NCBI GenBank assembly: GCA_030426505.1
Contig: JAUHYN010000002.1
Location: 1 to 38,486, forward strand
DNA from: a bacterium
GTDB lineage: Bacteria; Myxococcota; Kuafuiibacteriia; Kuafuiibacteriales; Kuafuiibacteriaceae
Direction of reading: 5' to 3'
Length of the DNA: 38,486 nucleotides
The position numbers were made by a program, and so were the translations under genes. This document shows positions 26,726 through 35,681 of the stretch, piece by piece. Every line of letters starts with the position of its first letter. Positions within the stretch are counted from its first letter, which is position 1. Below the pieces are notes generated by a model, which was not told where the DNA came from, ran no database searches, and saw only the letters and a list, made by a program, of their open reading frames with translations.

Positions 26726-26789
26726 GCGCAGGGCGCCCGCGCGTTTTCGTCTCCGAGGGCGTCGAGGGGCGTCCGGGAGGCATCTTCAA

Positions 26790-27152
26790 ATGGTCGAATT
26801 CATGCGCGCGGGCGGCTTCGGGATCTGGATCGTCCTGCTCTTCGGCGTCGTTCTGTTGATCGGCTCGGCCCGGTTCGCCTGGAAGCCCAACGACGGGCGC
26901 GTGGGGTTCCTACGCGGGATGTCGACGACGACGCTCTTCTCGATCGGGACCGCGGTCTCGACGAACTTCGCGACGGTGATGTGGTCGGTCGCGGGGAAGG
27001 ACGAGTGGGGCAAGAGCCCGGACATGCCGCTGATCGTGATGACCGGCATCGCGGAGTCGATCACGCCGGCCATCCTGGGCTTTGCGTTCCTGACGCTGGC
27101 GTGGCTCATGATCGCCGTCGGGCACCGCCGGATGACCCCGTCGTTCGCCTGA
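26790..27152 (+). CDS. Small membrane protein, possibly MotA/TolQ/ExbB-like
   Basis: The ATG at 26790 gives MVEFMRAGGFGIWIVLLFGVVLL. The C-terminal GIAESITPAILGFAFLTLAWL resembles the MotA_ExbB channel helix. The ORF-track start at 26706 is probably too far upstream. Confidence 0.5.
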   Translation: MVEFMRAGGFGIWIVLLFGVVLLIGSARFAWKPNDGRVGFLRGMSTTTLFSIGTAVSTNFATVMWSVAGKDEWGKSPDMPLIVMTGIAESITPAILGFAFLTLAWLMIAVGHRRMTPSFA

Positions 27153-27203
27153 ATACGGATCCACGCAACGCGCCGCGCCGCGGGCCGATAACCCGCGGCG
27201 ACC

Positions 27204-27809
27204 ATGATGCGCTTCGATCCCTCGGCGGCGGTGCGTCCCTTCGTCACGCCGAACACCGATCAGACCGCTTCAGCGGCGTCGACCGGCGCCACGAAGGCCG
27301 CGGGCGACGGGTTCGACACCTCGACGCGCCCCACGGTCTTCCAGCGCGCCTGGAACTTCATGGGCCGCCTCTGGCACCAGACCAAGCTGGTGCTCTCCGG
27401 CTTCGCGAGCCTGTTCGGCGCCGAGCGCGGCAGCTCGATGCCGACCGAGAACACGCCGGCCGCCGCCGCGCAGCTCGGCGCGCTCCGCGGTCGGATCGTC
27501 TCGAAGGGCGCGCAGCTCGCCAGCCACGTGCAGGACGCACAGGCCAAGTACGCGGACGCCAAGCAGGTCGCGACCACGTCCCTGGCCTGGGCCGCCCACC
27601 GCGACGTGCCGAAGCCGATCCTCGACCTCGCGGAGAAGGACATCGCCGCGCTCGACGCCCGCGCCGAGACCATCTTCGAGAACATCGGCAACCGCCACCG
27701 CAGCAGCACGAGCCGCCGCAACCAGCGCGCGAAGCTCGACGGCCTCGTCGAGGCCCTCCACGCCATCGCCGGCCGCATCGACGCAGCGGGTGCGCGCGCC
27801 GCCTCGTAA
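27204..27809 (+). CDS. Hypothetical protein (201 aa)
   Basis: It has an ATG start and a GC3-rich frame, and is Ala-rich and helical-looking. No family recognised. Confidence 0.5.
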   Translation: MMRFDPSAAVRPFVTPNTDQTASAASTGATKAAGDGFDTSTRPTVFQRAWNFMGRLWHQTKLVLSGFASLFGAERGSSMPTENTPAAAAQLGALRGRIVSKGAQLASHVQDAQAKYADAKQVATTSLAWAAHRDVPKPILDLAEKDIAALDARAETIFENIGNRHRSSTSRRNQRAKLDGLVEALHAIAGRIDAAGARAAS

Positions 27810-27997
27810 GGCGAGCGTTCAGCCACCAGCCGGCAGCCGGCAGCCCTTTCGGTTCGATGCGTCCGCGCCAGGCGTGCTCGGGAGATCTTGCTGCTCGCTG
27901 GGAGCTATTCGCTGCAGGCTTCGTGGAGAGAGCGCGGTCACGCGCGCGACTGACGGATTCTTCTCCAGTCATCCCGAGTGCTTGGCTTCCCCGGTGA

Positions 27998-28024
27998 AAA
28001 AACCGGGGCCCGGATCGTTGCGTC
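27998..28024 (+). promoter_or_regulatory. Possible ECF-type autoregulated promoter (AAAAAC-N17-CGTC)
   Basis: An AAC-ended -35-like element (27998-28003) is followed by a 17-nt spacer and CGTC (28021-28024), about 30 nt upstream of the ECF sigma start. Identified by eye only. Confidence 0.25.
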
Positions 28025-28054
28025 GCGGGTCCTCGGGGAGGGGGCGGGGACTAC

Positions 28055-28690
28055 GTGCGGGACCTGATGGAGGATCGCGGGCGCCTGGAGGCGTTCCGGC
28101 GCGGTGAGCGCGACGCGTTGGCGTCGGTGTTCGACCAGTACGCGCCGCGGGTCGCTTCGTGGGTCGCGGGCGGGTTCTCGTTCCGGAGCGGGACCGAGCG
28201 CCGGCGCTTCGACGGGTTCCGCTCCGCCGCCGACGCCCACGACGTCGTCCACGAGGTCTTCCGCCGCGCGTTCGAGGCGAAGGCCCGCACGCGCTACTCC
28301 GGCCTCGAGCCGTTCGACAGCTACCTCTTCGTCATCACGCGCAACACGTCGCTGTCGCGCTTGAAGCGCGTCGACCTCGCGACGTGTTCGATCGACGAGG
28401 CGCAACAGATCGAGAGCCCGGAGCCGTCGCCGGAGGAGCGCGTGGCGAGCGCCGAGGATCGCGCGAAGGTGCGCGCGTTCCTCGCGACGCTCACGGAGGA
28501 GGAGCGCCGCTTCGCCGAGCTGAGGTTCGTGGAGCGGCTGTCGCAGGTCGAGGTCGCGCGTCGGCTCGAGATGACACGCAAGAAGGTCCGCCGCACCGAG
28601 ACGGCGATTCGCGGCGCGCTCGTCCGCCACCTGAAGCGCGGGCGCGGGACACTGGAGATCGAGGAGGCCGCCCATGAAGGCTCACGTTGA
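28055..28690 (+). CDS. ECF-type RNA polymerase sigma factor
   Basis: Region 2 reads DVVHEVFRRAFE ... YLFVITRNTSLSRLKR. Region 4 reads EERRFAELRFVERLSQVEVARRLEMTRKKVRRTE. Confidence 0.85.
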   Translation: MRDLMEDRGRLEAFRRGERDALASVFDQYAPRVASWVAGGFSFRSGTERRRFDGFRSAADAHDVVHEVFRRAFEAKARTRYSGLEPFDSYLFVITRNTSLSRLKRVDLATCSIDEAQQIESPEPSPEERVASAEDRAKVRAFLATLTEEERRFAELRFVERLSQVEVARRLEMTRKKVRRTETAIRGALVRHLKRGRGTLEIEEAAHEGSR

Positions 28691-29354
28691 AGACGACATC
28701 CATCGCTACTTCGAAGGGCGCCTCACCGCCGTCGCGGAGCGCGACGCGTTGTTCGGTCACCTCGATCGCTGCGACGTGTGCCGCGCGGAGTTCGACGCGA
28801 TCGCGGAGGCGGATCGTCTGCTCGCGGATCTGCCCGCGGACGCGGTGTCGCCCGTGCAGCTCGACGCGATCCGCGCGTCGGTGTTGGACGTCGCCGAGCC
28901 CGAGGCGCCGTCGCGCGCGAAGTGGTGGCTGACGTGGCTCGTGCCAGCGGCGGTCGCCGGAGTCGCGCTGTTCGCGGCCATGCCGAAGGAGACGTTCACC
29001 TCGAAGGGCGGCGGCGCGCCGACCACGCCGACGGTCGAGGTGCTGTGCTTCGACGACGCCGCGAACATCGTCGCGCACCTCGCGGCGAGCGGGACGTGTC
29101 CGGCGCCCGGGTTCGCGAAGATGATCTACGCGTCGCCCGAGCAGACGCCGCACCTGACCGTGGTGGCGCGGCAGGGGGATCGGATCGTCGCGCGCGCTTC
29201 CGTCGAGGACGTGAAGCCGCGGAGCGTGTTGCCGGAGCACGTGGCGTTGGAGCCCGGGGTGTCGACCGCGTTCGTGGTGTTCACGGAGCCGCCGGATGAC
29301 GAGGCGTTGAAGACGGCGCCGGCCACGCTGGTCGTCACGGGGGTGGCGAAGTGA
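28674..29354 (+). CDS. Anti-sigma factor (zf-HC2 type) with a single TM helix
   Basis: GAGGAGG lies 6 nt upstream of the ATG, and the gene overlaps the sigma gene by 17 nt. The motif HLDRCDVCRAEF fits Hx3Cx2C. The TM helix is WWLTWLVPAAVAGVALFAAM. Confidence 0.75.
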   Translation: MKAHVEDDIHRYFEGRLTAVAERDALFGHLDRCDVCRAEFDAIAEADRLLADLPADAVSPVQLDAIRASVLDVAEPEAPSRAKWWLTWLVPAAVAGVALFAAMPKETFTSKGGGAPTTPTVEVLCFDDAANIVAHLAASGTCPAPGFAKMIYASPEQTPHLTVVARQGDRIVARASVEDVKPRSVLPEHVALEPGVSTAFVVFTEPPDDEALKTAPATLVVTGVAK

Positions 29355-30826
29355 TCGCGGTGTTGTTGGCCGCGCTCGCGGTGGCGCCGACCGAATCCGT
29401 GCCGCGCCGCTACGCGGTGGTGATCGGCGTGAACGAGCCGGGCCGCCCGGGGCAGTCGCCGCTGTCGTACGCCGACGACGACGCGGCGCGCTTCTTCGCG
29501 TTCTTCTCGGTGGTGAGTCGCGACGCTGCGTTGTTGTCGCTGCTCGACGACGAGACCCAGAAGCTCTACCCGGAGGCGGTCGCGGTCGCGGAGCTGCCGG
29601 AGGAGGAGCGCGTGTTGGCGCGGGTGGACGCGCTGTTCGAGCGCATCCGCGCGGACAACCGCGACGGGCACGAGACCGAGTTCTACTTCGTGTACAGCGG
29701 GCACGGCTTCGTGGACGACCACGGCGAAGGCCACCTCGCGATGCGCGGCGGGACGCTGTCGCGCACTGAGTTGTACGAACGAATCATCCAGCGATCACCC
29801 GCGAAGGTGAACCACCTGATCATCGACGCGTGCGACGCGTACTTCGTCGTCAACTCACGCGGCGACGAGGACATCGAAGCGCTCCTCGAGAAGCGCGCTC
29901 TAGAGTTCCTCGCGCGGCAGACCCTCGAGAACTTCCCGAACACCGGGGCGGTGCTGTCCACGGCGTCGAAGGCGGAGTCGCACGAGTGGTCGGAGATTCG
30001 CGCGGGCGTGTTCTCACACGGCGTGCGCTCGGCGCTGGTCGGCGCGGCGGACGCGGACCAGGACGGGCGCGTCTCGTACACGGAGCTGGAGGCATTCGTG
30101 CTCGCCGCGATCTCGGGCGTGCAGCACGCCGACGCGAACCGCGCGGTGTACGTGCGCGCGCCGAAGATCGATCGCCTGCGCCCGGTCATCGACCTGCGCG
30201 GCGCGGATCGCATGGCGCGCCTGCACCTCGCCGCGCCGGTCGCGGGGCGCGTGGCGTTGGCGGACGAGCAGGGGCGTCGCTACGCGGACCTGCACAAGGC
30301 CTCCGGCTACCCGTTGGCGCTCGCGTTGTTGCCGGGGCGCCGCTACTTCGTGCGGCTCGACGATCTCGAGTACGCGGTGCCGAGTGACCTGCGCGACGTG
30401 CAGCTCGCGCAGCTCAAAGGCGGCCCACCCCGCATGGCGGCGCGCGGCGCGATCGAGGACGCCTTCGCGCGCGGGCTCTTCAAGGTGCCGTACGGGCCGG
30501 CGTTGGTGGATGGGTTCAGGCTCGGTCAGGACCAGCGCACCGACCTGGTGGTCGCGCCTCCGCGCGCGGGCTCTTCGGCGCTCACGATCGCGAAGTGGGG
30601 CACGGCGGGGGCTGCGGTGGTGGCGGGCGGCGTGGCCGTCGGGACGTTCCTCGCGGCGGACTCCGCGCACGAGCGGTTCCGTTCTGCTTCGTCGTTCGAC
30701 GAGGAGACCCGCGCGGACGCCGACGTGCGCCGCTGGGACTCCGCGACCAACGTCGCGCTCGGCGCGGCGATCTCGTTCGGCGTGACGGCGGGCATCCTGT
30801 TCGTGGTCGACGCGGTGACCGAGTGA
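29351..30826 (+). CDS. Caspase-family (peptidase C14) protein with a signal peptide and C-terminal TM anchors
   Basis: The GTG start overlaps the anti-sigma stop. The His/Cys dyad context is FYFVYSGHGF and NHLIIDACDAYF. The start RYAVVIGVNE is typical of the caspase fold. Confidence 0.75.
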   Translation: MIAVLLAALAVAPTESVPRRYAVVIGVNEPGRPGQSPLSYADDDAARFFAFFSVVSRDAALLSLLDDETQKLYPEAVAVAELPEEERVLARVDALFERIRADNRDGHETEFYFVYSGHGFVDDHGEGHLAMRGGTLSRTELYERIIQRSPAKVNHLIIDACDAYFVVNSRGDEDIEALLEKRALEFLARQTLENFPNTGAVLSTASKAESHEWSEIRAGVFSHGVRSALVGAADADQDGRVSYTELEAFVLAAISGVQHADANRAVYVRAPKIDRLRPVIDLRGADRMARLHLAAPVAGRVALADEQGRRYADLHKASGYPLALALLPGRRYFVRLDDLEYAVPSDLRDVQLAQLKGGPPRMAARGAIEDAFARGLFKVPYGPALVDGFRLGQDQRTDLVVAPPRAGSSALTIAKWGTAGAAVVAGGVAVGTFLAADSAHERFRSASSFDEETRADADVRRWDSATNVALGAAISFGVTAGILFVVDAVTE

Positions 30827-30870
30827 AATCAGGGGCCCGAATCGAGCGGTCCGCAGTCCTTGGAGACGAC

Positions 30871-32793
30871 ATGACGAAACAACGACTCCTCCTCATCACG
30901 GCGCTCGCGCTCGGCGCGTGTACGCACGACCTCACTCCCTCCGAAGAGTTGAAGAACGACAACGGGAACAACTCGGCCCGCGGTCACCTGAGCGCGACGG
31001 ACTTCGCGTCCGCCCGCTCCGAGTACCAAGGCGTGCTCACGCGTTCGCCGAACAACGTGGAGGCGAACATCGGTTGGGTCATCGCGGACCTGTTGTTGCT
31101 CCCCGACTCGGCGCCGGTCACCGAGCTGCTGCGTCAGTGCAACGAATCGGGCTTCGACGTGGCGGCCGACATCTTCGGGCGCGACGGTGTTTTGGCGCGG
31201 GCGGAGGCGAGCCGTGGGTTCACGTCGAGTGACGTGACGCTCCACTACGCGGCGTCGGCGGGGGCGACTTACACGAACCTGGAGTTGGCGCCGGTGGCGA
31301 TTCGCTCGCAGCTCTTGAATTGGTCCTCGGGGCGTGAGTTGTACCTGAGTATCTCCGAGCGCGAGCCGGATCCCTCGTCGATCTACGTGTCGCTGAACCC
31401 GGACGACGTGGACGTGGCGGCCGGCGTGCAGCCGTTGGTGGACGGGACGGTGATCGACCTCGCGACGTTCGATGGGTACGCGGGCGCGCACCACGCAGTC
31501 GGCAGCGATATCCAGTACGGGAGCGATGCGCAGGCGAGCGGGACGATCACGTTCGTCCGCGCCGGGCAGCGCGCGGGAGACACGATCGAGGTACGGTTCG
31601 ACGAGGTGGTGTTGCCGGGCTACTGCGCGTCGACGCCGTGTGACGCGGTCTACCGGATCAACGGCACGTTCGTGGACACGATCTCGGTCCCGACGGGGCT
31701 GGATCCCTCGCGCATCCCGTTCGCGGACCTCGCGGATGACCCGGGCCCGCCGCGTCGGAGCGCGGACGTGGTGTTGTTCGACCGCTGCGACGACATCGAC
31801 CGGGCGTTCCTCGCGAAGCGCGCGACGGAGATCGGTGACTTGTTGGCGGAGCAGAGCGCGCACCTGGGGCGTGCGTTGGCGAACCCGGACCCCAGCGAGG
31901 TCCGCTTCACGATCCCGAAGGGGCTGTTGCACGTCGACACGGACCTCCCGCTCGACATCACGGACATCTATCTGCTGAAGGGCGCGCTCGACATCGCGTC
32001 GGCGGCGATCGAGATCGCGGCGCAGTACAAGGTCGCGGAGGGTCGTGTGCAGGACATGATCGCGGACTACTGCAAGTGGGCCGACGAGGACGGTAACTCA
32101 GTGCCGGAGTGCGTGGACACGCGTGGGTTCTCACCGGCGGCGTTGGCGATGAACTTCGAGATGAATCTGTTGGACCGCGCGCCGGCGTTCGATCTCACTC
32201 GCGCCCAGCAGCGCTTGTCGGATGGGTTGGTGGCGACGGCGAGTGCGCTGCGCCAGTCGAACTCGACGCCGGGGCTCTTCGACTTCCAGGCCCCCGCGGT
32301 CTCAGCGCACTTCACGGAGTTGGGCAACGCGATCGCGGCGGCGCAGGCCTCGATCACGGCGAGCGCCCCGGTCTCGTTGCCGAGCGCCCCGGGCATCCGG
32401 GTCCACTTGGGCTCGTACTTCACGAACCCGCTCGACCGCGCGCGCCTGTTGTCGCTGACGGGGCTCTCGTCGCTGATCGTCTTCGAGCCGGGCGATTCGA
32501 CGAGCCCGGACTGGTACGAGCGCAACGACCGCTGGTACCTGAACCTCGAGTCCTTCGAGACCGGCGACGACGTGTTGGCGGCCCTCGGTGGGTTGGTGAC
32601 GGTGCCCCCGGAGAACCCGGTCGCGTGCTCGGGCACGTCCTGCGGCGAAGGCTATCGCTGCAACGAGGGCAGTGTGTGCGAGCGCGCGGCGCCGCGGTTC
32701 GCGACGGGCGAGGCGTGGGAGAGCGTGCTGGCGTCCGGGGACGAGTGGCCGGCGTTCGTGTCCGAGGTGCTGCGGGTGTTCCAGGACCTGTGA
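30871..32793 (+). CDS. Large hypothetical lipoprotein (640 aa)
   Basis: The ATG at 30871 gives a lipobox (ALALGAC). The ORF-track start at 30595 is an over-extension into the caspase-like gene. No family recognised. Confidence 0.7.
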   Translation: MTKQRLLLITALALGACTHDLTPSEELKNDNGNNSARGHLSATDFASARSEYQGVLTRSPNNVEANIGWVIADLLLLPDSAPVTELLRQCNESGFDVAADIFGRDGVLARAEASRGFTSSDVTLHYAASAGATYTNLELAPVAIRSQLLNWSSGRELYLSISEREPDPSSIYVSLNPDDVDVAAGVQPLVDGTVIDLATFDGYAGAHHAVGSDIQYGSDAQASGTITFVRAGQRAGDTIEVRFDEVVLPGYCASTPCDAVYRINGTFVDTISVPTGLDPSRIPFADLADDPGPPRRSADVVLFDRCDDIDRAFLAKRATEIGDLLAEQSAHLGRALANPDPSEVRFTIPKGLLHVDTDLPLDITDIYLLKGALDIASAAIEIAAQYKVAEGRVQDMIADYCKWADEDGNSVPECVDTRGFSPAALAMNFEMNLLDRAPAFDLTRAQQRLSDGLVATASALRQSNSTPGLFDFQAPAVSAHFTELGNAIAAAQASITASAPVSLPSAPGIRVHLGSYFTNPLDRARLLSLTGLSSLIVFEPGDSTSPDWYERNDRWYLNLESFETGDDVLAALGGLVTVPPENPVACSGTSCGEGYRCNEGSVCERAAPRFATGEAWESVLASGDEWPAFVSEVLRVFQDL

Positions 32794-32811
32794 GCGGGTC
32801 TTGGGTTGGTG

Positions 32812-33198
32812 TTAGTGGGCGGCGTCGAACCGCCAGAACCGCGCGGAGTGGGCGAGGGCGCCGGCTCGGTGGGTTCGGGTTGGGCGTTGAATCCCGCTGG
32901 CGGTGAGTGACGCCGACTGCTCGACGCAGTCGGCGTAGTCGCATCCCGTCCGGCTCTTGCAGAGCGCGTAGAGCTCCTCGAGTTTCTTCCCTTGCGCGTC
33001 CGACAAATTGTCGACGAGCGCCTCCGTGACATCGACGCAGACCTTCAGCGTCGGCGCTTCCTGACCGCGCGAGCGCGCGCAGCTGATGGTCTGGGCGCAG
33101 TCGTACTCGGCGTCGTAGTCGAGCCCGCCGCAGGCGGTGAGGAGGAGGAGGGCGGTGGTGATGGGGAGGAGGGAGTGGTGGCGGGGGAGGGCGTGCAT
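32812..33198 (-). CDS. Small Cys-containing lipoprotein
   Basis: The ATG at 33198 gives MHALPRHHSLLPITTALLLLTACGG (lipobox LLTAC). The longer ORF-track start at 33234 runs into the C-rich complement of the G-tract. Confidence 0.6.
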   Translation of the reverse strand: MHALPRHHSLLPITTALLLLTACGGLDYDAEYDCAQTISCARSRGQEAPTLKVCVDVTEALVDNLSDAQGKKLEELYALCKSRTGCDYADCVEQSASLTASGIQRPTRTHRAGALAHSARFWRFDAAH

Positions 33199-33214
33199 TT
33201 GGCGGATTGTTGGT

Positions 33215-33248
33215 GGGTTGGGTGTGGGGGGCAAGGGTGGGTGTGGGG
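33215..33248 (+). repeat. G-tract cluster with a canonical G-quadruplex motif
   Basis: GGGttGGGtgtGGGGGGcaaGGGtGGGtgtGGGG contains six runs of 3 or more G, with loops of 1-3 nt. It lies directly upstream of the minus-strand lipoprotein start, at the point where composition changes. Confidence 0.5.
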
Positions 33249-33471
33249 CTGATCTCGAGGACAGGTGGTGAGTTATGGGCGGCCGACGCCGTGCTGTGGT
33301 CCGGTAGTATTCTGCCTGATATCGACGAGGTGCGGCGACGTGCTCATGGGAGTGCGGCTTCGCACGTTGGTGACGAACGAGAAGGCGAAGCGAGAATGCG
33401 TTTGCCGGGCGTTGTAGGACTTGACCAGCGAGCGCGTTGAGCCCGAGCCGATTCCGTGCTCAAGTCTGCCG

Positions 33472-34392
33472 ATGGCCCGCCCAAGAAGCGTCGTCGATCC
33501 CCAGGACTGGGCTACTGCGATAGCTCTCCTTGAGGCGGCGCTATCGGATGGAGATGAGGTGTTCAGCACGACGGCCTTCCGCAAGGAACTAGAGCGCAAA
33601 GGCATCGAGGACCCGAAGCTAGTTATTCGGCGGCTTCGGTTCTATGACGACGATACTGAGATGGACCCAGGATGCAAGCGCCCGAAGTTCGATTTCTATC
33701 ACCACGGCCGTAGCTTCTACTCCGAGCAAGCGTACAACGAACTTGAGGACGAGACCGATGAAGAGGCAAAGACAGCCTACGACGCAGAGGCCGGAGGTGC
33801 TCCCGAGGAGGGCGTCGAGGAGGTCGCTGCGAGGCGCTCATACCGGCAAGAGGAGGCGCGGCTCGTCCCCTATGTGCGGACGGCTTTGGACGAGATGTAT
33901 GCTTCGGACTTCGCCCCGGAAGACGTCGCGTCGGTCGCATTCGATGTACATAGTCGTCGTGCCGGGAGCGAGTACGAGAATGTCGATGTTCTTGCCGTTC
34001 ATTGGCGGTCCGAGAAGCGGGTTGACATAGTTACCGTTGAGATCAAACTGCACTTCGGGCCGCAGGTGGTTCACCAGGCACACAACTATACGCGCTTCTC
34101 CAACCGTGTTTGGATCGCCGTGCCGGTTGCGGTGAGGTCCGACGAGGCGGCCGTGCAGCTCCGTGAGGAGAACCCGACGCTCTTCGATTACGTCACGGAG
34201 ATCGGTCTGGGGATACTCGGATGCCACCGTCGACAGGGTGGGAAGTACGACGTCTTTCCATTGCAGTGGCCGAGGAGGTTCGAGCCCGACCCTGTAGAGT
34301 TCGATGGATTTGTTGAGCGGTATCGTCCCGAGTTTGAGGACACGCGCGTCGTCGAGCCTGAACGCCGCCGCAACTACGCTAAAATTCGTTAG
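33472..34392 (+). CDS. PD-(D/E)xK (restriction-endonuclease-fold) nuclease-like protein with an uncharacterised N-terminal domain and an acidic linker
   Basis: The C-terminal core EARLVPYVRTAL ... ENVDVLAVHWRSEKRVDIVTVEIKLHF ... QAHNYTRF ... VWIAVP gives an E ... D ... ExK ... Q arrangement. The start is either the ATG at 33472 or the TTG at 33421. This is the first gene of the lower-GC region. Confidence 0.6.
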   Translation: MARPRSVVDPQDWATAIALLEAALSDGDEVFSTTAFRKELERKGIEDPKLVIRRLRFYDDDTEMDPGCKRPKFDFYHHGRSFYSEQAYNELEDETDEEAKTAYDAEAGGAPEEGVEEVAARRSYRQEEARLVPYVRTALDEMYASDFAPEDVASVAFDVHSRRAGSEYENVDVLAVHWRSEKRVDIVTVEIKLHFGPQVVHQAHNYTRFSNRVWIAVPVAVRSDEAAVQLREENPTLFDYVTEIGLGILGCHRRQGGKYDVFPLQWPRRFEPDPVEFDGFVERYRPEFEDTRVVEPERRRNYAKIR

Positions 34393-34429
34393 GAACGCCC
34401 GAAAGGCAACAGTGTGAGCGTTGGTCGTA

Positions 34430-34459
34430 TTGAAATGTCGCGCCGCTGCGCTTTAGAAT
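34430..34459 (+). promoter_or_regulatory. Sigma-70-like promoter (TTGAAA-N18-TAGAAT)
   Basis: The -35 is at 34430-34435 and the -10 at 34454-34459. The GTG start at 34470 would then have a very short or absent leader. Identified by eye only. Confidence 0.3.
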
Positions 34460-34469
34460 AGCACCGACT

Positions 34470-35681
34470 GTGATAATAAAGCCCCCCGGGACCCTTACGA
34501 AGGAAGATGTCGCTAGGTTGATTGATGCACGCGTGCCTGAGGGGCGACGGCTCGACTACAAGCAGGAACTCCCTAGCTTGGACACGCCTCGCAGCGTTAC
34601 CGAGCTACTGCGTGACGTGACAGCGTTCGCCAACGCCAGCGGCGGGCAACTGATCTTTGGTGTTTCAGAAGTTCGAGATGACAACAACCATACAACGGGT
34701 GTTCCCTCGTCTCTCGTTCCCTTCCCTGTCGAGAACGTCGATAGATTAAGGATCAGGCTCCTTGACAAGATTCGGGGCAGCGTGGATCCGCCCATCGTTG
34801 GACTCGCGATGGATTTCATCGAGTGCAGCGAGGGTGAGTATGTCGCAATTCTACGCGTCCCGCCAAGTCTCTCGGCTCCTCACATGATCACGGAAGGGGC
34901 CGGTGCGCAGAGAGGCAATTCTAGATTCTATTACAGGCACGGGTCCAACAAGCAGCCTATGGATGTATCGGAAATCCGCGCAGCGTTTGTGCGCTCGCAG
35001 TCTCAGCAGGCCCTGGTGCGTACTCGGCTGAAGTTGGCGGCGGACGCCATCCTCGCCGGCGAAACCCCTCTTGACCTTGGGGTGGCTTCGAAGTTGTGCC
35101 TACTCCTTCTGCCCATTGATGCCGTCTCGGCGGAGCCGCCAACAGTAGACTTCGATCATGCCTCGGTAAGGAGCCTACTTCAACCGATTCGAGGCTTCGC
35201 GCCAGGCGCCCGCTTCAACTTCGATGGCTACCTAACCTACGCAGTTGGGCAAAGCGGAGAAAATCTTTCTTCGTACACGCAGTTGTATCACGACGGTTCA
35301 ATCGAGGCGGTCTCGACCGACGTACTCCGCATAGCCCGAGGGACCGGAGCGGCGTATCTTGAGATGGATGTGATCGCGGGCGAGATCGTTAAGGCGTGCC
35401 AACGGTACCTGAAAGCACAGCAACTAATCGGTCTCTCGATACCAGTGTATGTCGCGATGGCCTTCCTTGAGTTTCGTGGGGTCCAATTGCGGTCCAGACC
35501 TGGCGACATTGTTCATGAGTTAGATCGAGACAACATGTTGCTTCCACCGATGGTTCTAGACAGCTTTGAGCCAGACGTCCCCGCTGTCTTTCGCCCGGCA
35601 TTCGACCGAATCTGGCAAGCTTTTGGCTTCGAAAGCTCCTCGCTCTATGAAAGGGGCGCTGTCTTCGGAGAATCTCTGTGA
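34470..35681 (+). CDS. Schlafen-like AlbA_2 (PF04326-type) domain protein with an uncharacterised ~250-aa C-terminal region
   Basis: The N-terminal LIDARVPEGRRLDYKQELP ... LLRDVTAFANASGGQLIFGV ... YVAILRVPPS matches the AlbA_2/divergent-AAA_4 pattern (ExxxL(E/D)(F/Y)K ... AFAN(T/A)xGG). Confidence 0.7.
   Translation: MIIKPPGTLTKEDVARLIDARVPEGRRLDYKQELPSLDTPRSVTELLRDVTAFANASGGQLIFGVSEVRDDNNHTTGVPSSLVPFPVENVDRLRIRLLDKIRGSVDPPIVGLAMDFIECSEGEYVAILRVPPSLSAPHMITEGAGAQRGNSRFYYRHGSNKQPMDVSEIRAAFVRSQSQQALVRTRLKLAADAILAGETPLDLGVASKLCLLLLPIDAVSAEPPTVDFDHASVRSLLQPIRGFAPGARFNFDGYLTYAVGQSGENLSSYTQLYHDGSIEAVSTDVLRIARGTGAAYLEMDVIAGEIVKACQRYLKAQQLIGLSIPVYVAMAFLEFRGVQLRSRPGDIVHELDRDNMLLPPMVLDSFEPDVPAVFRPAFDRIWQAFGFESSSLYERGAVFGESL

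Noticed and set aside
27989-28008. A hairpin, CCCCGG-tgaaaaaa-CCGGGG, upstream of the second ECF sigma gene, considered as a terminator.
   Set aside because: The stem is only 6 bp with an 8-nt loop and no following U-tract on the + strand. It overlaps the putative ECF -35 element, so I list the promoter hypothesis instead, at low confidence.
33273-33605. A 110-aa minus-strand ORF at the left edge of the island.
   Set aside because: It overlaps the start of the nuclease-like gene, shows no motif or codon-bias support, and is Ser/Arg-rich.
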